Source: Hypanus sabinus (lineage: Eukaryota). Taken from it: a stretch of DNA of 64,000 nt. The stretch lies in contig NW_026779196.1 in the NCBI RefSeq assembly GCF_030144855.1, positions 62,001-126,000 on the forward strand, in the 5' to 3' direction. Of the stretch, positions 11,151 through 22,500 are shown piece by piece; positions within the stretch are counted from its first letter, which is position 1, and every line of letters begins with the position of its first letter. The notes under the pieces are model-generated. The model did not search any database. It was not told the DNA's origin and worked only from the letters and a program-made list of their open reading frames with translations. The position numbers and the translations under genes are program-made.

Positions 11151-11664
11151 TTTTGGTCTCCCACCCCAGACAGAGATCCAGTTACCCACTACTCTGTGGA
11201 AAGAAGCAAACTTGCCGCTCACATCTCCACTCACCTTAAATGTGTTAGACATTTCAACCCCCAGGAAAAATATATCGTCTGTCCACTCTATCTATTCCTC
11301 TCGTAATCTTATAAACGTCCATCCAGTCTCACCCCAGCCTGCGCCGCTCTGGAGAAAACAACACAAGTTTGTCCAACCAGGTCGGGCAGCATCCGTCGAA
11401 ACGAGCCGTCAACGTATCGGGCCGAGACCCTTCGTCAGTCCTGAGTTCCTCCAGCGTGGATGTACGTGTTGATTTGACCACAGCATCAGCAGTGTACTTT
11501 GTGTTCGTCCAACCTCTCGTTATAGCTCTCGCTCTCTCATCCAGGCAAGATCCTGCTAAACCTCTTCCCCGCCCTCTCCAAAGCCCCGACATCCTTCCGA
11601 GAATGGGGGCGACCAGAACTGTATGAAACACTCCAGATGTGGTCTAACTAATTTTATAAAACTG

Positions 11665-12407
11665 TGTTACGAACTGTAACGTTTTAGAAACGAACCAGCA
11701 GCAATAGAGTTCACACTGGAGTCTGTTTTTGATGTTAAAAGCACTCTCTTTATTGGTCTCTACTTATAACATAGTAAGTTAACGAAAGTTAACAGTGTTA
11801 ATTGGATATATGTGTAAATATAATTCCCCAGACTATCGAGCCTGAGGAAACAAAGCTTAGAGTCTTGAAATGGTAAAGAAGGAAAGTTCAGAAATCCACG
11901 GAATAAATGATGGGAGAGAGATATTTGTGATCCAGAGTGAAATGTAGAGAAAAGGCGGTTACTTCAAAATAACCGTCGACGAAGTTCTTATCCGTTGAAT
12001 CCGTCCACATACGAGTTATCAGCGAAAGTGACCTGTCACAGGAATACCGTCTTCCAGGGGTTACCACACAACATACCCAGGCAAGGGTTAACACAAGATA
12101 TTCCAAACTCCACTCCTATGGATTATACGAAGTGACAGCCNNNNNNNNNNNNNNNNNNNNNNNNNNNNNNNNNNNNNNNNNNNNNNNNNNNNNNNNNNNN
12201 NNNNNNNNNNNNNNNNNNNNNNNNNNNNNNNNNNNNNNNNNNNNNNNNNNNNNNNNNNNNNNNNNNNNNNNNNNNNNNGATCGCTCTCTCTCTCTTATGG
12301 TTCAGTTCACAGTCAGCGCTGTCAGCCTGTGACTGACGTCATAGTCCCGCCTCCTCACGCCGGCGCTCTTAAAGAAACAGTCACAGTACGACCGCAGGCT
12401 CGTAACA
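11665..12407 (-). mobile_element. LTR sequence (same family as 32732-33746), spanning an assembly gap
   Basis: Termini TGTTACGA...TCGTAACA. The first ~90 bp are the reverse complement of the end of the LTR at 33660-33746. The TSD is ambiguous (ACTG vs GCCG). Confidence 0.75.
12141..12278. other. Assembly gap (138 N)
   Basis: Run of N. Confidence 1.
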
Positions 12408-12849
12408 GCCGCAACACAACTTCCCGACTTTTGAACTCAATGTTTCAACTAATAAAGACAACCACGCCATTTGCCTTCTTAACCACCCGATCAATCTGCG
12501 CAGTCTCTTTCAGGGAGCGATGAACTTGGAATCTAAGATCCCTCTGATCATCGACACTGTTCAGGGATTTGCATTCAACAGTGTACTGTCTCATACATTC
12601 GACCTACCGAGCTGCCAAGATGATCATCACGAATCAAATCTCACTGAGATTTCTCAGGTCCTGTTGAATTTATTGCCAAGTGCACAAGTACGGGAAGGTA
12701 CAGGTACAGAGAAACACTGACTTGTGGCAGCATCACAGGCAAGTACATTCACATAACACACAGAACACAACTTATACGATGCTCTGTCAGTAACAATCTC
12801 TAAATATGTTTTATATTATTAACAATATATAAAATACATTGTGTCATGA

Positions 12850-13590
12850 CATTTTGTGTCAATAACAGTCTTGGAAATGTTGAATTTGGTCCCTGTCTCC
12901 ATTCCTCCTATAATCCACAACCAGCTCCTGTGTTTTTGTCACAATAAGGGAGAGGTTGTTTTCTTGACACCACTGTGTCGGGGTGATGACTTCTTCTCTG
13001 TAGGCTGCCTCGTTATTTGGGATTCGGCCGATCAATGCAGTGTAGTCAACAAATTTAATTAGCAGATTGGAACTGTGGGTGGCGACACGTCATGGGAATA
13101 CAGAGAGTAAAGTAGGGGGCAAAGAGACACCCCTGTGGGGTAAGTGTGCTGAGGGTCAGAGAGACAGAGGTGAGGGAGCCCACTCTTACCACCTGCCGGC
13201 GATCTGACAGGAAGTCCAGGATCCAGCTACACAAGGCAGGGTGAAGGCCGAGGTCTCTGAGCTTCTTGTCGATACTTCACGCCTTCGTATGGCTACTGCT
13301 CTGCCCATGACTGCAGCGAACTTCAGAGAACATCAGAGAAACAAGCCTCCACTCCAAGGACTTCCTACATTCCCCTCCCTCGGAAAAGCAGGCCATGTAC
13401 TCAAATAACCTCATTACCTGGACATTTTTGCTGCAAACCCGCTCTCCCATCGGGGAAGAGATACAAAGCCTTAAAGCGCGACACGCCCGGCTCAAGGACG
13501 GTTTCCTGTCTACAGTTACAAGCTAAATGAATGATAAAATGGACTCGACCTCACGATGTAACTCGACGTGACTCTGCACCATATGTCTAG
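12850..13590. mobile_element. Two oppositely oriented Rex1/Babar-type LINE fragments
   Basis: Minus-strand RT (LCSWILDFLSDRRQVVRVG..PQG..LLYSLY) is joined at about 13275 to a plus-strand 3' fragment. The same junction occurs inverted at about 56740. Confidence 0.7.
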
Positions 13591-14320
13591 TGATTGTTTT
13601 GCCAGTTTCATTTTTCATTTTTAGAATATTTTTTACTGATGCATAATCTTCTACAACTATATAATGATGCAAAACGTCAATAGATTAGTATGTACACAGT
13701 TAATAAAGCTGAAAAAAACTGATCGTATAATATAAAAATGGGAAAAAAATATATAGAAAAATAAGAGAAAAAAGTGTCCCATCTAACGCGGAAAAAAACC
13801 CAGTAACCAGAAAAAAAGGGGAAAAGTCCATTAGGAATGAACCCTCCGGAGCAATACGTTTGACCATTACCTAAATTTTTAAAAAAAGAATAATCAACCG
13901 TCATTTCACACTTATAAAAAAAATAAAATTGGACGGAAACCATATAGCATAATTCAAATTAAATGATAATATTTGGCAAAAGAACCCCATCTTCTCTCAA
14001 AATCGAATCGAGGATCAAAAGTTCTACTTGTATTTCTTCCAAACTAAGACATAACATTCCTTGAGAAAACGATTCAATTAATGTAGGGGAAGAAATATCT
14101 TTCTGTGGCGACCCATTTCCTGGCACATCCGAACCGACTCACAATTAGATAGCCTACGGGGGTTTGCGAGCACAGAGCTTTGGAGCCTCTGCGCCATGGG
14201 GGGCAGGTTGAGGGAGGCTTAAAAGTGAGGCTGAAGATTTCGAATAAAGTTTTTTCCTTCGACTGCAGTTACCGACTCCGTGTCGTAATTTTAGCGCTGC
14301 GTGTAGCACACCGCTACAAT

Positions 14321-14334
14321 TGGTGACCCCGACG
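14321..14334 (+). promoter_or_regulatory. Primer-binding site complementary to the tRNA-Trp 3' end
   Basis: TGGTGACCCCGACG, 2 nt after the 5' LTR. Confidence 0.9.
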
Positions 14335-14358
14335 GTCCAAACGATTTTTGGACCAGAA

Positions 14359-15047
14359 ATGACCGACGCCGCCTCTGTTCATGCAGTTTCGTTGAAACGG
14401 CCGGGTTTCTGGACACAGCGCCCGGACCTATGGTTCCAGCAAGCCGAAGACCAATTCTACGTTCGCCAGATCACCTCAGAAGATACCCGCTACAACTACG
14501 TGGTGAGCTCCCTCGACCAGGACACAGCGGCCCAGGTCGCGGAGTTCGTACAGTCGCCCCCGGCAGACGGCAAGTACACGGAATTCAAAGCCCTGCTCCT
14601 CAGGACTTCGGACTGTCACGGCGCGAGCGGGCTGCCCGTTTACTGCACCTGGATGGCTTGGGCGACAGACCTCCATCGGCTTTAATGAATGAGATGTTGT
14701 CTCTCGCCAGCGGACACACACCCTGCCTCATGTTTGAGCAGGCATTCCTGGAGCAGCTGCCCGAGGACATACGCCTGCTGCTGTCCGACGCGGATTTCAA
14801 TGACCCCCGGAAGGTGGCAGCCCGGGCGGACTTGCTGTGGAACGCCAAAAAGGTGAGCGGGGCGTCCATCGCACAGATCACCCAGCCACACTCCCGGCAG
14901 CAAACCAGTCCAGGCCCGGCCGCAGAGCCCGCCAACCCCCGGCCCAATGAACACTGGTGCTTCTACCACCAGCGGTGGGGCGCAGAAGCCCGCCGTTGTC
15001 GCCCGCCCTGCAAGTTCCCGGGAAACGCCAGGGCCAGCCGCCGCTGA
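14359..15047 (+). pseudogene. Gypsy gag (one frameshift near 14606)
   Basis: LKxPGFWxxxPxLWFQQAE at the N-terminus and a CHCC knuckle CFYHQRWGAEARRCRPPC, split across ORFs 14320-14685 and 14430-15047. Confidence 0.9.
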
Positions 15048-15077
15048 TGGCTACGGCGGCTGGCCATCGGGATAGCC
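15020..15077 (+). promoter_or_regulatory. Putative -1 programmed ribosomal frameshift signal (slippery G GGA AAC plus pseudoknot)
   Basis: The heptamer 15020-15026 is in the gag frame and pol is in the -1 frame. There is a 12-bp stem (15032-15043/15054-15065), and loop GGCTA can pair with TAGCC at 15073-15077. Confidence 0.8.
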
Positions 15078-18030
15078 TCCTGTATGAGTGGGATAGAAGG
15101 TCGGGACGCCGGTTTTTGGTCGATACTGGGGCTGAGATCAGCGTTTTACCTCCGACAAAGGACCTATGGCACCCGTCAGGTGCAGCTACAGTTCGGCTCC
15201 AGCCAGTTGACGTGGGACTTCACACTGGCCGCCGTAGCCCAACCGCTTCTGGGTGCGGATTTTTTGCGGGCTCACAGCCTACTGGTCGACCTGCCCAGGA
15301 AGAGACTGGTACACGCCGAGACCTTTCAGACGTTCTCCCTGGGTGCAGCCCAGTTGCCAGCCCCTCACCTCGGCTCCATCACGCTGTCCGACGACTTCAC
15401 CAGGGTCCTGGCGGAGTTCCCATCGGTTCTGGCACCGCAGTTCACAGCGGCCATGCCCAGACACGGCGTACAGCACCACATCCCGACCCAGGGACCACCC
15501 CTCCACGCCCGCGCTCGGCGGCTTCTCCCGGACAAGCTCCGACTGGCGAAGGAGGAGTTCCAGAGGATGGAGGAATGGGGATCATCCGGCGGTCCGACAG
15601 CCCATGGGCCTCCCCCCTGCACATGGTGCCCAAAGCGACGGGGGGCTGGAGACCGTGCGGCGACTACCGCAGGCTGAACGAGGCTACCACACCGGACCGC
15701 TACCATGTGCCGCACATTCAGGACTTTGCAGCAAACCTGCACGGCGCACGGATGTTCTCCAAGGTAGACCTCGTCCGAGGGTACCATCAAATCCCGATGC
15801 ATCCTGACGACGTCCCCAAAACGGCTTTCATCACCCCGTTTGGCCTTTTCGAGTTCCTCCGCATGCCGTTCGGCCTGAAGAATGCCGCACAGACGTTCCA
15901 GCGGTTAATGGACGCGGTGGGACGGGACCTGGACTTCGCGTTCATTTATTTGGATGACATCCTCATAGCCAGCAGCAGTCGTCAGGAGCATCTGTCCCAC
16001 CTCCGTCAACTCTGCGCCCGACTGAGTGAGTACGGTCTTACAATCAACACCGCCAAATGCCAGTTCGGACTCAATACCATTGACTTCCTGGGCCACAGGA
16101 TTACTAAAGACGGGGCAACCCCTCTGCCCGCTAAGGTAGATGCGGTCCGCCTCTTTCCCCGACCCACCACGATCAAAGGCCTTCAGGAATTCGTAGGTAT
16201 GGTGAATTTCTACCGCCGCTTCCTCCCTTCAGCTGCCCGGATCATGCGCCCCCTGTTCGCCCTGATGTCGGGTCCGAGCAAGGACATTACCTGGGACGAG
16301 GAGTCCGCCGCCGCTTTCGTTCAAACGAAGGAAGCTTTGGCGAACGCCGCAATGCTAGTACATCCCAGAATGGACGCCCCTACCGCCCTCACAGTGGACG
16401 CATCAAACAGGGCAGTCGGTGGGGTGCTGGAGCAACTCATCGCAGGTCGCTGGCAACCCCTGGCGTTTTTCAGCAAACACCTGCGACCACCCGAGCTCAA
16501 ATATAGTGCTTTCGACCGGGAACTGTTGGCGCTCTACCTGGCAATCCGGCATTTCAGGTACTTCCTAGAAGGTCGGCCCTTCACCGCGTTCACGGACCAC
16601 AAACCGCTTACCTTTGCGTTTACGAAAGCGTCCGACCCCAGGTCGTCCCGCCAGCAACGCCACCTGTCCTACATCTCTGAATACACGACGGATGTCCGGC
16701 ACGTCTCGGGTAAGGACAATGTCGTGGCGGATGCTCTCTCTCGCCCTACCGTTCATGCCCTTTCCCAAGGGGTAGACTGAGGCACTGGCAGAGGCGCACC
16801 TGGCGGATGATGAGATTCCGAGTTACAGAACCGCAGTCTCCGGATTGCAGCTCCAGGACCTCCCCGTAGGCCCGGGTGAGAGGACCCTACTCTGTGACGT
16901 CGCCACCGGCCAGCCCCGTCCCGTCATTCCGACAGCCTGGCGGCGCCGCGTTTTCGACTCCATTCATAACTTGGCGCATCCCTTCATCCGGACAACTGTC
17001 CGGATGGTTTCCAGCAGGTTCGTTTGGCACGGACTCCGCAAACAGGTCAGTGAATGGGCCAAAACGTGCATGCACTGCCAGACGGCCAAGGTGCAGCGGC
17101 ACACCAAAGCCCCACCGCAGCAGTTCCATCCCGCCCACCGGCGTTTCGACCACATTCATTTGGATATCGTGGGCCCCCTGCCAGTGTCGCGCGGAGCGCG
17201 GCACCTCCTGACTATCGTGGACCGGTTCACAAGATGGCCAGAGGCGGTCCCGCTCACCGACACCACCTCCGAATCTTGCGCCCGTGCCCTGATCACCACC
17301 TGGATATCTCGCTTTGGTGTACCGGCCCACATTACCTCCGACAGAGGCGCCCAGTTCACCTCCAGCCTGTGGTCAGCTATGGCCAGGCTTTTGGGGACAC
17401 AGCTGCACCACACCACTGCCTACCACCCACAGTCGAACGGACTAGTGGAGCGTTTCCACCGTCACCTGAAGTCGGCCCTCATGGCACGCCTGCGAGGAGC
17501 CAACTGGGCGGACGAGCTTCCCTGGGTCCTACTCGGCATCCGCACAGCGCCCAAGGACGACCTGCACGCCTCGTCGGCCGAGTTGGTATACGGCGCGCCC
17601 CTGGTCGCCCCCGGGGAGTTCCTACCAGCCCCAAGGAGGCAAGAGGAAGATCCCGCAGCAGTCCTGGGCAGACTACGCGAGAAGCTCGGTAACCTGGCCC
17701 CCATACCCACTTCACAGCACGGGCGGCACCGACCTGCGTACCCAAAGACCTACAGAACTGTACGTTTGTGTTTGTACGAAGGGGCGGGCATCGGCCACTG
17801 CTGCAGCGGCCATACGAGGGGCCGTTTATGGTGCTCCGGAACAACGGGTCCACGTTCGTGCTGGACGTTGGGGGGAAAGAGGAGGTTTTCACGGTGGACC
17901 GCCTCAAACCGGCCCATGTGAACCTGGCGCAACCGGCCGAGTTTCCGGCACCTCTGCGCAGAGGCCGACTTCCCAAGCAGGTTCTGGCCCAGACTGTGGA
18001 CATTGGGGGGTGTATCGCCGGTTCTGCGGG
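15020..18030 (+). pseudogene. Gypsy pol (PR-RT-RNase H-IN) with several frame disruptions
   Basis: FLVDTGA protease, YLDD RT, VDAS...TDHKPL RNase H, HHCC and DDE integrase motifs and a GPY/F motif, spread over several ORFs. Confidence 0.92.
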
Positions 18031-19874
18031 GGGGGGGGAGGGGTTATGTGGCGACCCATTTCCTGGCGCATCCGAACCGATTCACAATTAGATAGCCTAC
18101 GGGGGTTTGCGAGCACAGAGCTCTGGAGCCTCTGCGCCATGGGGGGCAGGTTGAGGGAGGCTTAAAAGTGAGGCTGAAGATTTCGAATAAAGTTTTTTCC
18201 TTCGACTGCAGTTACCGACTCCGTGTCGTAATATTAGCGCTGCGTGTAGCACACCGCTACATTTCCGTAATAAAATAGCCCTTCTTGTCAGTAGAGTAAC
18301 AAATGCAATTACATGTTGATCTGAAGATGAAATACACTGAATATGATGTGGAGCTATTCCAAATAGAACAGTCAATCTATTAGGTTGTAAATTAATTTTC
18401 AGAGCTTTAGAACTTGTAGAAATAAAAGATTTCCAAAACTATTTTAATGAAGAACTTGACCAGAACATACGTGACAAAGTAGCTACTTCAGTTTTACATC
18501 TATCTCAGCATTTGTCTATACTAGGAAATATTTTAGATCGTCTCTCCTTTGTTAAATAATAACGGTGAACAGTTTTAAATGGAATTAAACAATGGTTGGC
18601 ACATTCAGAAGAGGAATTTACATTTTTAAAAACTCGAAGCCAATCTTCATTAACAAAGGTCATATTAAGTTTTCTCTCCCAATCTTGTTTAATCTTTAGT
18701 GATAGGTTCTCGTTTGGTATCAAAAATAAATGATACATTCTGCCAATGGAACCTTTCACAAAGGGATTCAATTTCAAAGTGGTATCCAACAAATCAGATT
18801 CTTGTAAACATGGAATCTTAGGTAAATAATGTTGTAAAAAATGTCAAAACTGAACATATTGAAAAACATGTGTATGAGCGAGAGAAAATTTGTTAATTAA
18901 CTCTTCAAAGATCATCAATCGGCCATCACAAAATAAATCTGTAAAAGAAAGGATCCCTTTAATTTTCCATAGGAGAAAAATGGGGTCAGTTGTTGCAGGT
19001 ATAAATGAGAAGTTTCGATGTAAAAAACTAGTCATCTTAAATTGTTTAAAATTTTTTAAAACACGAAACTGAACCCAAATCCGTAGGGATTGTTTAATAA
19101 CCGGGTAAAGATTTAAATTTGAAATTTTAAAGAGCTGTAAAAGTAATGGAGCTCCTAATATTGAAGTTAAATGAAATTGTTTAACTGCTTTTAATTCCAA
19201 ATCAACCCACAATTGATTTTAGTTCTTATCAAGACAATATAACCAAAAACAGAATTGTCTAATATTCACAGCCCAATAATAGTCTTAAATTAGGAAGTGC
19301 AAGTCCATCATCTTTTTCAAACTTTTGTAAATGATACTAATTAATTTATTGTTCCAAATAAAGGAAGAAATAAGTGAGTCAATTTGATCGATTTTTTTTT
19401 TAGTTAAAAAGATAGGTATATCTTGGAATACATATAAAAATCTAGGTAAAATCATTTTCACAGCATGAATACGACCGATTAAAGAAAAAGTAAGTGGATT
19501 CCATCAGGAAAATTGTTGTTTCCTGGAGACCATTAAAGGAAATGTATTCGCTTTGTAGAGATCTTTATTTTTTTTTACTAATTATAATACCTAAATGTAT
19601 AACGTTATATAAAATACATTGTGTCATGATCAATATTAAAATGTGTATTTTGTGTCAATAACAGACTGGAAAATGTTGAATTTGATCCCTGTCTCCATTC
19701 CTCCTGTAATCCACAACCAGCTCCTGTGTTTTTGTCACAATGAGAGAGAGGTTGTTTTCTTGACACCACTATGTCGGGGTGATGACTTCTTCTCTGTCGG
19801 ATGCCTCGTTATTTGGGATTCGGCCGATCAATGCAGTGTAGTCAACAAATTTAATTAGCAGATTGGAACCCGCC

Positions 19875-20290
19875 ACTGCAGATCAAGAAGGAACAATATA
19901 CGAATTGTGGGTCTTCCTGAGTTGGTCGAAGGCAATCGACCTTCAGAATGTTTTCCAAAGCTGTTCGCTCGTTTGTTTTCTGACGTTTTGGAGACTCCGC
20001 CTGGAATAGACCGGGTACACCGAGCCCCGGTGTTTAACTCCTCTTCTCAACAGAAACCTCGACCTGTGGTAAGTGCTTTTCATGGCTTTCAAACAAAGGT
20101 TACCATAATTCGCCAATATCGTCGGTTAGGTATGATGAAGAAGATAAGATAAGGCTGGTCGAAGATTATTTGCCCGGGGCATTAAATGAACGTTTTAAGT
20201 ATGAAAGAAAAGTCATGGCTGCGTTATGTAACAGAGACTATAAACCTTCTCTAAATTACCCCGCTCGCCTCAGGATCATTTTGAAAAAAG
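19875..20290 (+). mobile_element. L1 ORF1p fragment
   Basis: RSRRNNIRIVGLPE..IDRVHR..KPRPVV..YPARLRI motifs. Confidence 0.85.
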
Positions 20291-20479
20291 AAATGTTGTC
20301 TTTCATCCACTGACATTCTTTGTAAACTTTTAACAGTGTAAAGAATTCAAAGGATTTGTCGATAGGAATATCAAACACAACTTCACGTTAGCTCCGCTGT
20401 ATCTATCAGGTCGCCAGCGCTTGAGTGCCACCGGTCCTTGAAAGTGTAGACGGAGATGCTGGAGAAGACAGCGCCCCAC

Positions 20480-20575
20480 TCGCTGCAAGGAGAGCGCGAG
20501 CACGTGTCCATCTCCGTGATCTGATTGGATACATCGCCATGACGTTTAGCAGTGTGACGTCATTCACTGGCTCTC
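20480..20575. promoter_or_regulatory. CpG-rich motif cluster (E-box, CCAAT, CRE)
   Basis: CACGTG 20501-20506, ATTGG 20524-20528 and TGACGTCA 20555-20562. Confidence 0.4.
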
Positions 20576-21050
20576 ATTTTGGAAGGGATTCAGTGGCACA
20601 TCGCAGATACACCAACAGCTTCGCTCTGGGAAGCGGCCGTTCACCTGCTCCGTGTGTGCGAAGAGACTCATTCAGTTAACCCACCTTGTGATGCTCCGGT
20701 GAGTTCACAATAAATAGAGGCCACATTTCTGTCCGGAGTGAGCAAAGAGTTTTACTCAATCATCCCAGCTGCTGCAACACCAGCAACTTCACATCAGGGA
20801 GGAAGTTCAAATCAGCTCCGTGTTAAATGTTTAACCATCACGGTGACTGAAGGCAGCTGCTCATCGTAGCCAGGACTGAACCCTGGTCACTGAGCATTGG
20901 AGGAGTCCGTTCTGCTGATGTTAGCCTTAAACTAGACTGGTGTTTAATATTGTGGATCTGTGAAAGATAAATCAGTTTTATCAAATCCCGTGTGTCAGGT
21001 ACTTACAGTCTCCACTACACTCACTATGTACACTAGAGAGGGCACTCGGC
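20575..21050 (+). pseudogene. Decayed C2H2 ZNF gene 3' end (about 3 dead fingers plus family 3' UTR)
   Basis: [35 protein letters not shown]. The following ~150 bp resemble the reverse complement of the ZNF-A downstream region 3600-3720. Confidence 0.75.
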
Positions 21051-21184
21051 CCATCTGGTTTCAGCCCATGTTTCTGTTCCGTATCAGTTTATGAAAATCT
21101 ATCCCTGCCGTTCCCCTCTCGCTCTCCCTGAGATGACAGGTTGCAACTAGTCACCACTCCGTGGGATAGGAAATTCCCCTTGAA

Positions 21185-21560
21185 TTCCATAGAATCACAG
21201 AAATCTACAACACATTACAGACCTTTTGGCCCACAATGTTGTGCCGACCACGTAAATTAGTCTCTAAACTGCTTAGAATTACCCTACCGCATAGCCCTCT
21301 GTTTTCCTAAGCCCCATGTACCTATCTAAGAGTCTCTTAAAAGATCCTATTTTATCCGCCTCTACCACCGTCGCTGGCAGTGCATTCCATACACAATCAC
21401 CACTGTTGTTTAAAAATCTTAGCTCTGACATCTCCTCTGTACCTACTTCCAAGCAGCTTAAACCTATTCCCCCTCGTGTTAGCCGTTTCAGCCCTGGGAA
21501 AAAGCCTTTGACTATCCACACGACCAATGCCTCTCATCATCTTATACACCTGCATGAATT
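21185..21560 (-). mobile_element. CR1 3' end fragment
   Basis: VWNALPATVVEADKIGSFKRLLDRYM. Confidence 0.85.
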
Positions 21561-22089
21561 CCCTGCATGATTTTTGCCCGGGCTGAACAAGACGATGAGC
21601 TCACTGTGGTTGTGACGTTGTTCAGGGCTCCGGACGAAGTTGGTTAAACTCCTTCTTCCCCGCTCTTTTTAATGTTTTCAGTCATTCTCACTAATTTCAA
21701 AGGTCTTCGCTTCGAACTGCTGGGTTGTTAATGAACATCTGAAGTCTGACAGCAGACTAGCGAGTGAATGGAGCAGAGTCAGAAACCAAGTTGCCAGTCA
21801 GGGATTTGGGGCTCCAGAAAGAGATGGGGCCTGGAGTTTACGAGGAGGAGGAAGAAGAGAAACTGAACCTGTAGGATGTGGCTACGAATGAAAGATCAGA
21901 CACATTTGGAAACTGCTTGATTGAAAAAAAAAACTGGTTAATTTCTGCAAAATACTGGAGGAAATCAACAGATCAGGCAGCAAATGTAGAGAGGAATAAA
22001 TAGACTACGTTTAGGCCGAGACCCTTCAGCATGCCTAGACTGTGTACTCCTCTGCTTAGTTGCTACCTGAACTGCACAGTTCCGCCAGC

Positions 22090-22091
<2 letters not shown>

Positions 22092-22150
<59 letters not shown>
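22092..22150. repeat. (TG)~30 microsatellite inside a Penelope-type repeat
   Basis: Directly visible. Confidence 0.98.
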
Positions 22151-22152
<2 letters not shown>

Positions 22153-22379
22153 CTAGCAACTGCGGAATCTCTTGTGTTTTATATCTGCCTCTGTAACGAG
22201 AGGCATTAGATAAATAGAATGCCTGTTGATATTGAGTATATTGTTTTTGGGAGCCGCTTTCCACGTTAAAACAGCTGCTGAGTTCTCTACACAGAAAAAA
22301 AAACCCTGAGGTGTGGACATGAAACCGGTGCTAGCAGGAAAGTTTAATGGCACCGCGATTACCCATAAAGCCCTGAGTT

Positions 22380-22500
22380 TAAAATTTCGCTGTTTCTGAA
22401 GCAACGATCAAAAGTGCAGGCATCAAGGTCGATGACGTCACCGAATAGCACGCATGCGCGCCGTACACAAAGGACCTCCGGAGGATCGGTAAAGGTAAGA
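22380..22500 (+). promoter_or_regulatory. Putative promoter/first exon of ZNF-B
   Basis: TGACGTCA 22433-22440, ACGCATGCGC 22450-22459 and an AG|GTAAGA donor at 22494/22495. An inverted paralogue lies at 53750-53830. Confidence 0.65.

Larger units (their letters stand above)
14104..18261 (+). mobile_element. Full-length Ty3/Gypsy LTR retrotransposon, CsRN1-like clade, young but frameshifted
   Basis: 215-bp LTRs (14104-14318, 18047-18261; 4 mismatches by eye) with TG..CA ends and 4-bp TSD TTTC. It has a tRNA-Trp PBS, a G-rich PPT at about 18028-18043, and gag-PR-RT-RH-IN order. Confidence 0.97.
13605..19596 (-). mobile_element. 5'-truncated L1 (ORF2 3' half plus 3' UTR), interrupted by the Gypsy element
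   Basis: L1 ORF2 motifs YLGII, GRIHAVKMILPRFLY, FKTVHRYYLT and the C-terminal WxxF..YY. There is a T-rich tail at about 13605. Confidence 0.85.

Noticed and set aside
12132-12332. ORF across the N-run
   Set aside because: Artefact of the assembly gap.
14321-14334. tRNA genes at the tRNA-complementary stretches (also 33751-33769 and 40004-40017)
   Set aside because: Only short matches to tRNA 3' ends next to LTRs, i.e. primer-binding sites. No cloverleaf.
14476-18375. Many overlapping and antisense ORFs in the Gypsy, including a possible env or accessory gene
   Set aside because: Shadow ORFs of GC-rich sequence. There is no space for env between integrase and the PPT.
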